Shown here piece after piece: positions 18,438-26,994 of a stretch of DNA of 41,828 bases (position 1 is the first letter of the stretch; every line of letters starts with the position of its first letter). This DNA comes from a virus (Duplodnaviria; Caudoviricetes): the IMG/VR virus record IMGVR_UViG_3300020045_004305, positions 1 to 41,828 of that record. One strand, given 5' to 3'. The position numbers and the translations under genes are program-made. A model generated the notes under the pieces. It made no database searches. It was not told the DNA's origin and was given only the letters and a program-made list of their open reading frames with translations.

Positions 18438-18562
18438 TATGACTAACCAAAACTACGATAACTTATTCAACGCCGAACATCGTGACATTATGATTCGCAA
18501 ACACGGTGCAACAGAAGCTCAATGGATTACCTTAGAAGAATTAATCTTAACAACCTAAAACT

Positions 18563-18916
18563 ATGCTTTGCCCAATCCATCAAAAAGAACTCGCACAAGG
18601 TCAATTTGGTTTCTACTGTAAGACCCCAATTAAAGACGCAGAAGGCAAGTTAGTCGGCTGGTGCAAATACAAACCAGGCAAGGAGGCCCAGACTGTGCCT
18701 ATCGCACCACAAACTGTAAGACCACCAGACGCTAAACCTATCGGGCGCACGCAGGAAGATTGGGACAGTATCGGACGAGAGAAAGCTCTTTGCGGAATGG
18801 TCAATGCTGTTTTGTCGGCGGGCGGAACTCCAAATATTCACGAACTAGCCATCTATCTAACAGAGATCGAGCAAAAGGCCGAATCCATGACTAAAGACGC
18901 GAGAGGGCCGTTCTAA
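18563..18916 (+). CDS. Hypothetical protein, possibly ssDNA-binding or recombination
   Basis: N-terminal CPIH..YC..WC Zn motif; C-terminal PF like SSB tails. Confidence 0.5.
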   Translation: MLCPIHQKELAQGQFGFYCKTPIKDAEGKLVGWCKYKPGKEAQTVPIAPQTVRPPDAKPIGRTQEDWDSIGREKALCGMVNAVLSAGGTPNIHELAIYLTEIEQKAESMTKDARGPF

Positions 18917-19025
18917 TGTTCCAAGACGAAAACAACTTCCGCCATACAAAAAAGTGTGAAATATGCGGAAACGGCACAGCGTCTAACAGTGATATTTGTG
19001 TGCAATGTTTAAGGGACGAATCAGT

Positions 19026-19352
19026 ATGAGAGAAATAAAATTCAGGGCGTGGGATAAAGGAAAAATGAATTATGAGCCTGTTATTGAGATTGAAGAAGAT
19101 GCGTCAGGTTGTGAACTAAATCTAGCTGTGAAAGACTTTGAACTAATGCAATTTACTGGATTGTTAGATAAAAATGGAGTTGAGATTTACGAGGGGGATG
19201 TTGTTCAGACTACCTGGAAATGTGTAGTCGAGTGGGAGGATGCACGATTCATACTACGTCGAGACGAAGGCAAATATCCTCTATCCACATCGCATCTTGC
19301 TGGAATGGAAGTCATCGGAAATATTCATCAGAACCCAGAGCTACTCAAATGA
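19026..19352 (+). CDS. YopX family protein
   Basis: MREIKFRAWD...LMQFTGLLDKNGVEIYEGD...EVIGNIHQNPELL. Confidence 0.92.
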   Translation: MREIKFRAWDKGKMNYEPVIEIEEDASGCELNLAVKDFELMQFTGLLDKNGVEIYEGDVVQTTWKCVVEWEDARFILRRDEGKYPLSTSHLAGMEVIGNIHQNPELLK

Positions 19353-19458
19353 AAACCATCTCTTACATCATCTCAGTAATAGGTCTTATATTCCTCATTC
19401 CCTTTATTATATGTCTGGTTTTAGTAGGTGTTATATCGGGGAAATTAAGTAAAAAGAT

Positions 19459-19803
19459 ATGAGCTTAAAATCAGAACTTAATCAAATCATAAAGGATCGC
19501 AATGGTGGGGTAGTTACGCTCAAAGAAATTGAGGACTACTGCCACAAAGCTAGTTACAAGCTATCTAACGCCGAACGTCGCCTTAGACCCTCGGAATCGC
19601 CAAATATTGCGCCTGTATGGAATAAGAAGCATACGGCTATTATCGGATATAAGTATCTAACTATTGGGGTTTTAGTAGGAGAACTTGTGGATAAAAAAGT
19701 AAAGGAAAATATGAGAAAGGACTTACCACATAATCTTAGTTGGCTAAATGAACCTAAATACCAAAGACCAAAACAAGAAACAATTAAGCAAGGGTTATTC
19801 TAA
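19459..19803 (+). CDS. Hypothetical protein, possibly winged-helix DNA binding
   Basis: YKLSNAERRLR motif; coupled ORF. Confidence 0.55.
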   Translation: MSLKSELNQIIKDRNGGVVTLKEIEDYCHKASYKLSNAERRLRPSESPNIAPVWNKKHTAIIGYKYLTIGVLVGELVDKKVKENMRKDLPHNLSWLNEPKYQRPKQETIKQGLF

Positions 19804-19922
19804 AATGAAAAACAACACAAAAGAAATAATAAAAGAACTCACTAAAGCAGATAATTCAATCCAACAAGCCCTATTCCTGCTTAAACAGGAGTTAGACGAA
19901 CCAACTGTACCTGCTTATTTAT

Positions 19923-20114
19923 ATGAACCAAAGAAATGATAAAATAGTTACAATTCGACACCCATATTTTGGAACGATTTATTTGCATGATTGCGAATTT
20001 AAAGACGGTTATGTTATTGGGGACTACCATAACACAGATACACCGACTGGCGAGGGATTTATCAAAGAAACTATGAACTTTCCAGTAAGTTGTATTGTGA
20101 AAGATAAGGTATGA
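19923..20114 (+). CDS. Hypothetical protein
   Basis: Coupled ORF with ATGA overlap to the methyltransferase gene. Confidence 0.55.
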   Translation: MNQRNDKIVTIRHPYFGTIYLHDCEFKDGYVIGDYHNTDTPTGEGFIKETMNFPVSCIVKDKV

Positions 20115-20746
20115 AATACCCAGAGGACTTTTTAAACAAGATTATACAAGGGGATTGCTTAGAAATAATGAAACAAATGCCGGATAAGAGTGTGGATTTA
20201 TGCTTAACAGATTTCCCTTATGGTATTGGCGAAAGTTATGATGTTTTTGATGATAGTGAACAGAATGTTAAAGATTTAGTAGACAAAGCGATGCCAGAGA
20301 TTTTACGAGTTTCTAAGCGAGTGCTTCTGACGTGTGCCACACGTCAGATAAAATGGTACACACAAAGCGATTGGATACTAGCGTGGGTAAATGAAGCTGG
20401 TAGTGGAATGAACCCTTGGGGATTTACTTGTTGGCAACCCGTATTGGCTTATGGCAAAGACCCTTATTTAGAAAATCGTATGGGTTCAAGACCTGATATT
20501 ATCAGGCATAACGAACCAGCAGTTAAAAACGACCACCCTTGCCCAAAGCCATTAACATTTTGGCAGAAACTTTTATTAAGAGGTTCAGTTAAAGAAACTG
20601 ATATTATCTTTGACCCATTTATCGGAAGCGGTACAACAGCACTAGCGGCGAGATACCATAACCGAAACTACATAGGTATAGAAATATCAGAGAGTTATTG
20701 TGCCATAGCCGAATCCCGTCTTAAACAAGGTGTCCTTAACTTCTAA
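20111..20746 (+). CDS. Orphan N4/N6 DNA methyltransferase (beta class)
   Basis: IIQGDCL..SVDL..TDFPY (variant of DPPY), HPCPKP, DPFIGSGTT, IGIEI. Confidence 0.9.
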   Translation: MKYPEDFLNKIIQGDCLEIMKQMPDKSVDLCLTDFPYGIGESYDVFDDSEQNVKDLVDKAMPEILRVSKRVLLTCATRQIKWYTQSDWILAWVNEAGSGMNPWGFTCWQPVLAYGKDPYLENRMGSRPDIIRHNEPAVKNDHPCPKPLTFWQKLLLRGSVKETDIIFDPFIGSGTTALAARYHNRNYIGIEISESYCAIAESRLKQGVLNF

Positions 20747-20751
20747 ACTTC

Positions 20752-21077
20752 AGTAACAAAGAGTATGAAAAAATTATTACATAAACAATTCGGATGGTTC
20801 AGATGTGCCGAATCAGGCTGGATGCGAATTATTGAACAGGAAGTTGAGCGAAATGAATCTGATATAAAAATTGAGGGTTGCTGGGTTAGATTAAAATCAC
20901 AATGTGAAATATGTGGTCGGATAGAAAAATGCGCTCAAAGCCATCACTGGCCTTACACTAGACAAGTGGGTGCAATTAACTGGCCTGCCTATATGAGTAG
21001 ATTACGATGGTGATAGTTTAACAAAGAGTATGTTGATACTTTGGGGATAAGATGTGCTTGCAAGTAACAAAGAGTAT
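20752..21077 (+). repeat. Three direct repeats of TAACAAAGAGTAT
   Basis: Copies at about 20754, 21019 and 21065; the first two include a start codon. Confidence 0.75.
20765..21013 (+). CDS. Hypothetical protein with CxxC
   Basis: ORF bounded by direct repeats. Confidence 0.55.
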   Translation: MKKLLHKQFGWFRCAESGWMRIIEQEVERNESDIKIEGCWVRLKSQCEICGRIEKCAQSHHWPYTRQVGAINWPAYMSRLRW

Positions 21078-21114
21078 TTGACTAAATAATTGTTATGATT
21101 TATACTGTGGATAA
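21078..21114 (+). promoter_or_regulatory. Sigma70 promoter overlapped by a reverse DnaA box
   Basis: TTGACT-17 nt-TATACT; TGTGGATAA 21106-21114. Confidence 0.8.
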
Positions 21115-21527
21115 TCGAATAAAGAGTTGTGGCAAAAGACCCCTATGCGTTGGGGCTGATTGTTCAAGTCACAACTTTCAGTCAGCAACAACGTATTAGG
21201 GTTTTTTATTTATCTGTCTCACGAAGTAAAGGCTAACGCCGAAATTATCGTGGGGCTGACAAGTTAAAAACTTGAATCGTACCAACCTTTATTATCAAGG
21301 AATCGCCGATTTAAAAAAGCGGAAAGGCAGATAATACAACACGGATACCCGAACCTCAAGCAGAAAACGAAAGTTTTCCGTTTATAAATCACTGAACCTT
21401 AATACCTGAATAACCTAACTCTTTAACTTAACTCCTCGGCCTAGTTTAACGCTTAATCGCCTTAACTGCTTAGGGTGGGTAAACGGCTTGTGAGGTTGGT
21501 TATAGTAATCATGATAACTAAGTAACT
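21115..21527 (+). ncRNA. ~400-nt structured non-coding region (candidate ncRNA or replication origin)
   Basis: No ORF; multiple hairpins, GAAA tetraloops and a pseudoknot/attenuator-like 5' domain. Confidence 0.5.
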
Positions 21528-21704
21528 ATGTTCAACTCAGAAACGACAGAATTTAAAAAGGGAATTAGGATAACCGAAGATGACTATAATTGGATAAGGC
21601 AAAGAAAGAAGAAAAAATCGGCGGCAGGTTTTTTAAAGCAAATAATCAAGGCTTACAGGGATAGTGAAAATAAGAAAACTAAGCTAACCCCTAACAAGAA
21701 ATAA
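21528..21704 (+). CDS. 58-aa basic RHH-like DNA-binding protein
   Basis: KKGIRITEDDYNWIRQ...SAAGFLKQII strand-helix-helix pattern. Confidence 0.55.
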   Translation: MFNSETTEFKKGIRITEDDYNWIRQRKKKKSAAGFLKQIIKAYRDSENKKTKLTPNKK

Positions 21705-21706
21705 AT

Positions 21707-21871
21707 ATGAAACAAGAAGAATATTTCTACGAAATAGTTAAAAACTGGTATGAAGGACAACAAGGTATATGCGCTTGTTTGGGTGACTGTGAAGTCTGCC
21801 ACTTTCATCAATGTAATGGTTGTATTTGCGGATTGAAAAGTAGCATTGATGAGTTGTATGGAGTTAAATGA
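21707..21871 (+). CDS. 54-aa Cys-rich protein
   Basis: CAC..DCEVC..QCNGCIC; coupled ORF. Confidence 0.5.
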   Translation: MKQEEYFYEIVKNWYEGQQGICACLGDCEVCHFHQCNGCICGLKSSIDELYGVK

Positions 21872-22015
21872 ACAAACTTAACCGCTACCGCCTTACAATT
21901 TACGAATCCCTAGAAGCCACAGCTAAAATACTTGAGGAGGAGGTACAGCGCGGAATTGATATCGCAGAGAATGAGAAGTTATTAATAATTAAAAGGTTTG
22001 TAGAAAGGGAAAGTA

Positions 22016-22873
22016 ATGCTTAATTACACAGATGGTCAAGGTCAAGTAAAACATGGGAAAATAATTACTCATGTGGTATTGAGTGTTGTAGTTGTGGTCT
22101 TGCTGTTTAGTTCTTTTGGAACGATTAAAGCAGGTGAGGTTGGTGTTAAAACTACTCTTGGTGCTGTTAGTGGAATTTTAGAGCCGGGATTTTACTTAAA
22201 AGCTCCGTTTTTACAAAAGGTTAATAGAATTAACGTCAAGACCTTAACAGTAAATTATGATAGAAATGGAAATGAGGGTGATTCTCGCGATTCTTCGGAG
22301 TTGGCGGGGGCTTCTAGTGATTTACAGGATGTAGGAATTGCAGTAGTTGTGAATTATCACATTGACGCTAACAAGGCTCAGGAAATATTTACACAGTATA
22401 AATCAACAGAGAATTTTGAGCTTAATGTCATTGAGCCTATTATCCGCGAAACAGTTAAAACAACTTCGGGAGAATATACAGCCGAGGAATTGGTTACAAA
22501 ACGTGCCGACTATTCGGACAAGGTTAACATGAGGCTTAAAGATAAGTTTTCAGAAAAAAATGCCGTGTTGGAGAGATTTAGCGTGACTAACTTTCAATTC
22601 TCACCAGCGTTTACCCAAGCCATTGAAGCAAAGGTGACTGCCGTGCAAAACGCCGAAGCCGCTAAGAATAAATTGGTGCAAGTCCAGTTTGAAGCGCAAC
22701 AACAGGTCGAGCGCGCTAAGGCCGAAGCAGAAACTATCCGCATTCAGGCACAAGCTATTACACAACAAGGTGGCAAGGATTATGTTCAGCTAAAGGCTTT
22801 AGAAAAGTGGGATGGTAAATTGCCTACCCAAATGATTCCAGGTTCAGCAGTTCCATTCTTAGACTTAAATTAA
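22016..22873 (+). CDS. SPFH/Band 7/prohibitin family membrane protein
   Basis: N-terminal TM, GEVGV..G, FSPAFTQAIEAK, EKWDGKLP. Confidence 0.92.
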   Translation: MLNYTDGQGQVKHGKIITHVVLSVVVVVLLFSSFGTIKAGEVGVKTTLGAVSGILEPGFYLKAPFLQKVNRINVKTLTVNYDRNGNEGDSRDSSELAGASSDLQDVGIAVVVNYHIDANKAQEIFTQYKSTENFELNVIEPIIRETVKTTSGEYTAEELVTKRADYSDKVNMRLKDKFSEKNAVLERFSVTNFQFSPAFTQAIEAKVTAVQNAEAAKNKLVQVQFEAQQQVERAKAEAETIRIQAQAITQQGGKDYVQLKALEKWDGKLPTQMIPGSAVPFLDLN

Positions 22874-22877
22874 AAAT

Positions 22878-23090
22878 ATGAGAGATTGGCTATTCGCAAA
22901 TAAAATGCCTATTTATGTTGCTGTCATTGTAGTTCTTATAGGAATTTTAATCTTTAGAGTTAGTAATGATATAAAAGAAAACCCTCAATCAGAGTACGAT
23001 TATTGTATGAGTCGGAGTCACTGGTCGGTTAGCAGTATTCCCGTTAAGTGTCTTGAATATTTTAACGCTCAAACAATCAATCCTAAATAA
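22878..23090 (+). CDS. Small membrane protein
   Basis: N-terminal TM helix. Confidence 0.6.
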   Translation: MRDWLFANKMPIYVAVIVVLIGILIFRVSNDIKENPQSEYDYCMSRSHWSVSSIPVKCLEYFNAQTINPK

Positions 23091-23401
23091 TGTTGTACAC
23101 CTGTAAAAAATGTAATTTTGTAAACGAGGTAACGGTAAAGCCTCGGTCTATACCGGAGAACAAGTATTATTGGTCAATCGTTGTAGGCGCAATATCTGAC
23201 GCTACAGGCCACACTCCGCAAGAAACCCACGAGATACTCAAGTTTAAGTTTTTAAGGGCTGTAACGGGCAAATTTGAGTTTATACGCAGTACCACAGACC
23301 TAAGTACCGTCGAGTTTGAGAAGTACCTATCAGAGATACGAGTATTTGCGGCCCAAGAGCTTAATTGCTACATACCAGAGCCTAACTCACCGCCAATATG
23401 A
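23090..23401 (+). CDS. NinB/Orf-like recombination protein
   Basis: RS..ENKYYW, HEILK..FL, STTDLSTVEFEKYL. Confidence 0.75.
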   Translation: MLYTCKKCNFVNEVTVKPRSIPENKYYWSIVVGAISDATGHTPQETHEILKFKFLRAVTGKFEFIRSTTDLSTVEFEKYLSEIRVFAAQELNCYIPEPNSPPI

Positions 23402-23754
23402 GGAAAGTAACCCGCAAAGGATTAATCAGGCAGTTAGATAAGTTAGTTTCCAAGATTGTGGTTGCAAGGGATAGATTCTGCTTCACTTGCGGTGGTCAAG
23501 ACAGTCTGGGTTGCGGTCACTTATTTACCAGAGGGCTTTATGCGGTGCGCTGGGATTTAACCAACTGTCACGCCCAATGTCGAGGCTGTAATTTCCGCCA
23601 TGAATTTGACCCGACAATCTACAATCTTAAATGGATAGACAAATATGGTCTTCCAGCTTACAGGGAGCTTTACCGGAAAGCACATAGGCCAAACAAATTT
23701 ACCGACCTCCAACTTAAACAACTAATTGAGGAATATAAATTAATAAATACTTAG
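23398..23754 (+). CDS. NinG/Rap-like HNH endonuclease (resolvase)
   Basis: RD..CFTCG...GHLFTR...RWD..NCHAQC.GCN. Confidence 0.85.
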   Translation: MRKVTRKGLIRQLDKLVSKIVVARDRFCFTCGGQDSLGCGHLFTRGLYAVRWDLTNCHAQCRGCNFRHEFDPTIYNLKWIDKYGLPAYRELYRKAHRPNKFTDLQLKQLIEEYKLINT

Positions 23755-24048
23755 ATGACAACCTCAATGTTTGAAAAAGAGAATGACTGGAGGGAGGAAT
23801 TTGATAATGAGTTTCCGTTACTATGCGACATATTGCATCCATATATCTATAAACCAGAACACATTAAATCCTTTATCCAAACCCTCATTGATAAAGCACG
23901 GGAGGAGGGGATTAAACTTCATCGCTCGCAGTCCGCTTACGAATTAGCGAAGGCCGAAGAACGAGACCGGATTGTGGGGATGATTGAAGATGCTATGCCA
24001 TCACACGATGCCGTATGGAAAGTGATATTAAGTTTAAATAACAAATAA
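23755..24048 (+). CDS. Hypothetical protein
   Basis: Coupled ORF. Confidence 0.6.
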   Translation: MTTSMFEKENDWREEFDNEFPLLCDILHPYIYKPEHIKSFIQTLIDKAREEGIKLHRSQSAYELAKAEERDRIVGMIEDAMPSHDAVWKVILSLNNK

Positions 24049-24150
24049 ATATGAACGAAGCAATAGACGAAGAAAGATTATGGAACGAACACGTAGACCA
24101 ATGCAACGGTTGCAGTCTGTGTGAAATTTAAGCTAAGAGGTTGGTTGATG

Positions 24151-24273
24151 GGGGAAATGGGCTACAGATTAACTCGCTTGATATCAGCGAGGCAAGATTA
24201 TGTCGCTGACACCGCTCAGCCTAATTAGCTGAGAAGTCAGAGAACCGAGGTGCGACGCTCGGTTTCCCCACCA
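24151..24273 (+). ncRNA. 123-nt tRNA-like RNA (acceptor stem, T-arm, encoded CCA; non-canonical core)
   Basis: GGGGAAA/TTTCCCC-A-CCA; CCGAG-GTGCGACG-CTCGG arm; two long internal hairpins. Confidence 0.6.
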
Positions 24274-24306
24274 GCCAATCTAAATAATTAAATAAAAGGA
24301 GTATGT

Positions 24307-24474
24307 ATGATTGAGAAAATTCAAGGTAAGATAATAAAATTTGGCAACACAGAGGCAATTGAAATGACAGCAGCAGAAGCCAAAATCAACGAGCTAATAG
24401 ACGCTGTGAATAGGTTGGAAAAGCATCTAAGTGAAATAACAAATGCAACTGCGGAAATAACTCCCTCTAAATAA
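24307..24474 (+). CDS. 55-aa hypothetical protein
   Basis: AAGGAG SD; KINELIDAVN motif. Confidence 0.55.
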   Translation: MIEKIQGKIIKFGNTEAIEMTAAEAKINELIDAVNRLEKHLSEITNATAEITPSK

Positions 24475-24480
24475 AACTAT

Positions 24481-24630
24481 ATGACATGGTACTCAGAATG
24501 GCTAAAAAGATTTAGCAACACTCTCTCAAAGGATAAGAAAGAGTGGATTGATAAAAAGATTAAGGAGGCTGAACAGCGAGGGTATGCTCAAGGAAAAAAG
24601 GAGTCTAATGGCAAAACAACAGTATGTTAA
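24481..24630 (+). CDS. 49-aa hypothetical protein
   Basis: Fills the gap; open reading frame. Confidence 0.45.
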   Translation: MTWYSEWLKRFSNTLSKDKKEWIDKKIKEAEQRGYAQGKKESNGKTTVC

Positions 24631-24636
24631 GTGAAT

Positions 24637-24664
24637 TTGACAAGTAATTAATAAGGTTTAAAAT
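24637..24664 (+). promoter_or_regulatory. Sigma70 promoter of the glycan operon (likely leaderless transcript)
   Basis: TTGACA-16 nt-TAAAAT, ATG 7 nt downstream. Confidence 0.7.
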
Positions 24665-24671
24665 TAAAGTA

Positions 24672-25748
24672 ATGGAAAATCGTACAGAAATACTAACATC
24701 CGAGCAGTTTTTGCGTCTTGCTAATAATTTTTATATTGAAAATAAGATAGAGGTTGACCTAAACCGTTTCAACACAGATGCGGGGTTGGTAAACTATATC
24801 CTAAGCCACCCAGAGGACGTTAAAAAGCGTCAACGGGTGGCTTTTGTTTGTATCTGCCTAAACGCCCCCTATTGGGAGTTTGCCCGCCCTATGATTGAGG
24901 GTGCTAAAAGGCTGTTTTTACCGGGCCATGATGTTGATTTTTTTCTCTGGTCCGATATGCCTAAAACCAAAGACAAGGTTGTGGATTCTGCAAAGGAATA
25001 TTTAAAGGCCAGCGGATTGCCAGCCCCAGAACAGCAGGCATTAGACGCCATGAACGCCTTAGGGGAAAGCATTGAGGGACTATACAAGATGGATAAGGTT
25101 ACGGTATTTGATATTGAGCCTATTGAGTGGCCGATGCCGACTTTGCTTAGATACCACACGTTTTTGCAACAGGAAGAGAAGCTAAAAGAGTACGACTATA
25201 TTTTTTATTGTGATGTTGATATGTCTTTTGTGAACGTGGTTGGGGATGAGATATTGGGCGAGAGTTTAACTACCGGAACGAACCCGATGTATTGGCTGGA
25301 TAAAACTATGTGGATGCCGACTGAACCGAATCCATCATCAACAGCGTACATAAAACGGCCCGGCCAAGTTATAAAGGATGGCGAACAAAAAAGATTCCAG
25401 CCTCAATATTACGCCGGTGGCTTTCAAGGCGGTAAGTCAGACGAGTTTATCAAGGCCATGAAAGTTATGAAAAAGAATATCGACAAAGACTTGAATATGA
25501 ATTATATAAGTCTGTGGAACGATGAGAGCCACTGGAACAAGTATATCTTTGAAAATATCGATCCTGAGAAATTGGTAGTTTTGAATCCAAGCTATATCTA
25601 TCCCGATTCTTTGCATAACGAGTATTATATCCCGCGCTGGGGCAAAAACTATATGCCTAAGCTGGTAACGCTCACCAAAAAATTCAGCCTTAAAAAACTT
25701 ACCCCAGAGGAGCAGGCACAAATTACCAGAATGCAGGGGGTAAAATGA
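24672..25748 (+). CDS. GT6 family glycosyltransferase (ABO-type alpha-1,3-Gal/GalNAc transferase family)
   Basis: WP..TLLRY, DYIFYCDVD, YYAGGFQGG, WNDESHWNKY, LNPSY motifs. Confidence 0.88.
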   Translation: MENRTEILTSEQFLRLANNFYIENKIEVDLNRFNTDAGLVNYILSHPEDVKKRQRVAFVCICLNAPYWEFARPMIEGAKRLFLPGHDVDFFLWSDMPKTKDKVVDSAKEYLKASGLPAPEQQALDAMNALGESIEGLYKMDKVTVFDIEPIEWPMPTLLRYHTFLQQEEKLKEYDYIFYCDVDMSFVNVVGDEILGESLTTGTNPMYWLDKTMWMPTEPNPSSTAYIKRPGQVIKDGEQKRFQPQYYAGGFQGGKSDEFIKAMKVMKKNIDKDLNMNYISLWNDESHWNKYIFENIDPEKLVVLNPSYIYPDSLHNEYYIPRWGKNYMPKLVTLTKKFSLKKLTPEEQAQITRMQGVK

Positions 25749-26434
25749 TTTCCGTTGTCGTCCCGTCCTATGGTCAGGCTCAATATCTACCGGATTGCAT
25801 TGATTCGCTCCTTGACCAGAATGTGCAGTCTGAAATTGTAATCGTTGACGACGGCGGACCAGACGACAGCTTAGAAATTGCCAGAAGGTATGAGAAAGCC
25901 AGACCCGATGTTATCCGCGTAATTTCGCAAGTTAATAAAGGATTGGCAAGCGCACGGAATACTGGAATCATGAACGCCAAGTACCCCTATGTCTGTTTCC
26001 TGGACGCAGACGACATGTTGGCTGACGGTGGGTTGGATAAGATTTTAAAAGCAATTAATCAACATCCAGACGCAGACATTATCTCAGGATCGTTTAAAAC
26101 CTTTGGGAGTTCAAATGAAGCGATTGTCTTGATGAGCAACCCAAGATTAGAAGATTTTAGGACCGGAAACAGGATAGGTTCAAGCTCAACAGTTAAAAAA
26201 TCAGTCTTACTAGAGGTCGGTGGATTTAATCCGAAGATGGTCGAAGGTTATGAGGATATGGCTTTGTGGGTATTGTTACTTAGCAAAGGTTCAAAAATAG
26301 TCACGATTCCTGAAATAGTTTGGTTGTATCGAACTAAGCCAGAATCTATGTGGACCAAGATTACCCCAGAGATTCATAAAAAGTTATTGGCGCAAATAAA
26401 TAAAGATGTTCCAAGTGCTAACCTAAATTTCTAA
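25745..26434 (+). CDS. GT2 family glycosyltransferase
   Basis: ISVVVPSY, VDDG, NKGLASARN.G, FLDADD, YED. Confidence 0.92.
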   Translation: MISVVVPSYGQAQYLPDCIDSLLDQNVQSEIVIVDDGGPDDSLEIARRYEKARPDVIRVISQVNKGLASARNTGIMNAKYPYVCFLDADDMLADGGLDKILKAINQHPDADIISGSFKTFGSSNEAIVLMSNPRLEDFRTGNRIGSSSTVKKSVLLEVGGFNPKMVEGYEDMALWVLLLSKGSKIVTIPEIVWLYRTKPESMWTKITPEIHKKLLAQINKDVPSANLNF

Positions 26435-26994
26435 TGATAAACGTACAAGACGCAAAATTCGGCAGAATGGGAAACAGGTTTTTTCAGCTCGCCTATATCT
26501 ACGCCCAATTCAGAGATGGCAAAATCCCAGATATTTATTTGCAGGATTTAAATTACTTCGACAAGTACCGCGATGAGATTCGGGAATTATTTAAACAAGA
26601 TGGTGAGCCTTTAGATTATATTTCAGTTCACGTTAGGAGAGGAAAAAACCCAAGTAATCCTAATGAGCCTAACTACTCCGACAATCCGTTTTATGTAAAT
26701 TTGTCGGAAACCGATTACTACCAAAAGGCGATGGCTGAGTTCCCAGGTGAGAAGTTTTTATGGTTTTCAGATGATGCTGAATATTTAGAAAGTGATTTCA
26801 GCCACGAAAATATTTATCATAAATCAGAACTTGATGATTTTAGTTTGATGAGTAGATGTAAAGGACACATCATCGCCAATTCAAGTTTTAGCTGGTTCGC
26901 GGCTTATCTTGGTGGAGGGAAAACTGTCGCTCCGAGCCAATGGTTTGCAAGTGGTACACGAATTAACTACCCAACAGATTGGATTGTTATATGA
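26434..26994 (+). CDS. GT11 alpha-1,2-fucosyl/colitosyl-transferase-like
   Basis: GRMGN..FQ, HVRRG, FSDD, IIANSSFSWFAAYL. Confidence 0.9.
   Translation: MINVQDAKFGRMGNRFFQLAYIYAQFRDGKIPDIYLQDLNYFDKYRDEIRELFKQDGEPLDYISVHVRRGKNPSNPNEPNYSDNPFYVNLSETDYYQKAMAEFPGEKFLWFSDDAEYLESDFSHENIYHKSELDDFSLMSRCKGHIIANSSFSWFAAYLGGGKTVAPSQWFASGTRINYPTDWIVI

Noticed and set aside
20111-20746. Restriction-modification system
   Set aside because: No adjacent restriction endonuclease; orphan methyltransferases are common in phages
20752-21077. CRISPR mini-array
   Set aside because: Repeats are only 13-15 bp with very unequal spacing, and there are no cas genes
24139-24280. tmRNA or a standard tRNA
   Set aside because: Far too short for tmRNA, with no tag ORF and no G3-U70; no recognisable D arm or 7-nt anticodon loop at canonical spacing
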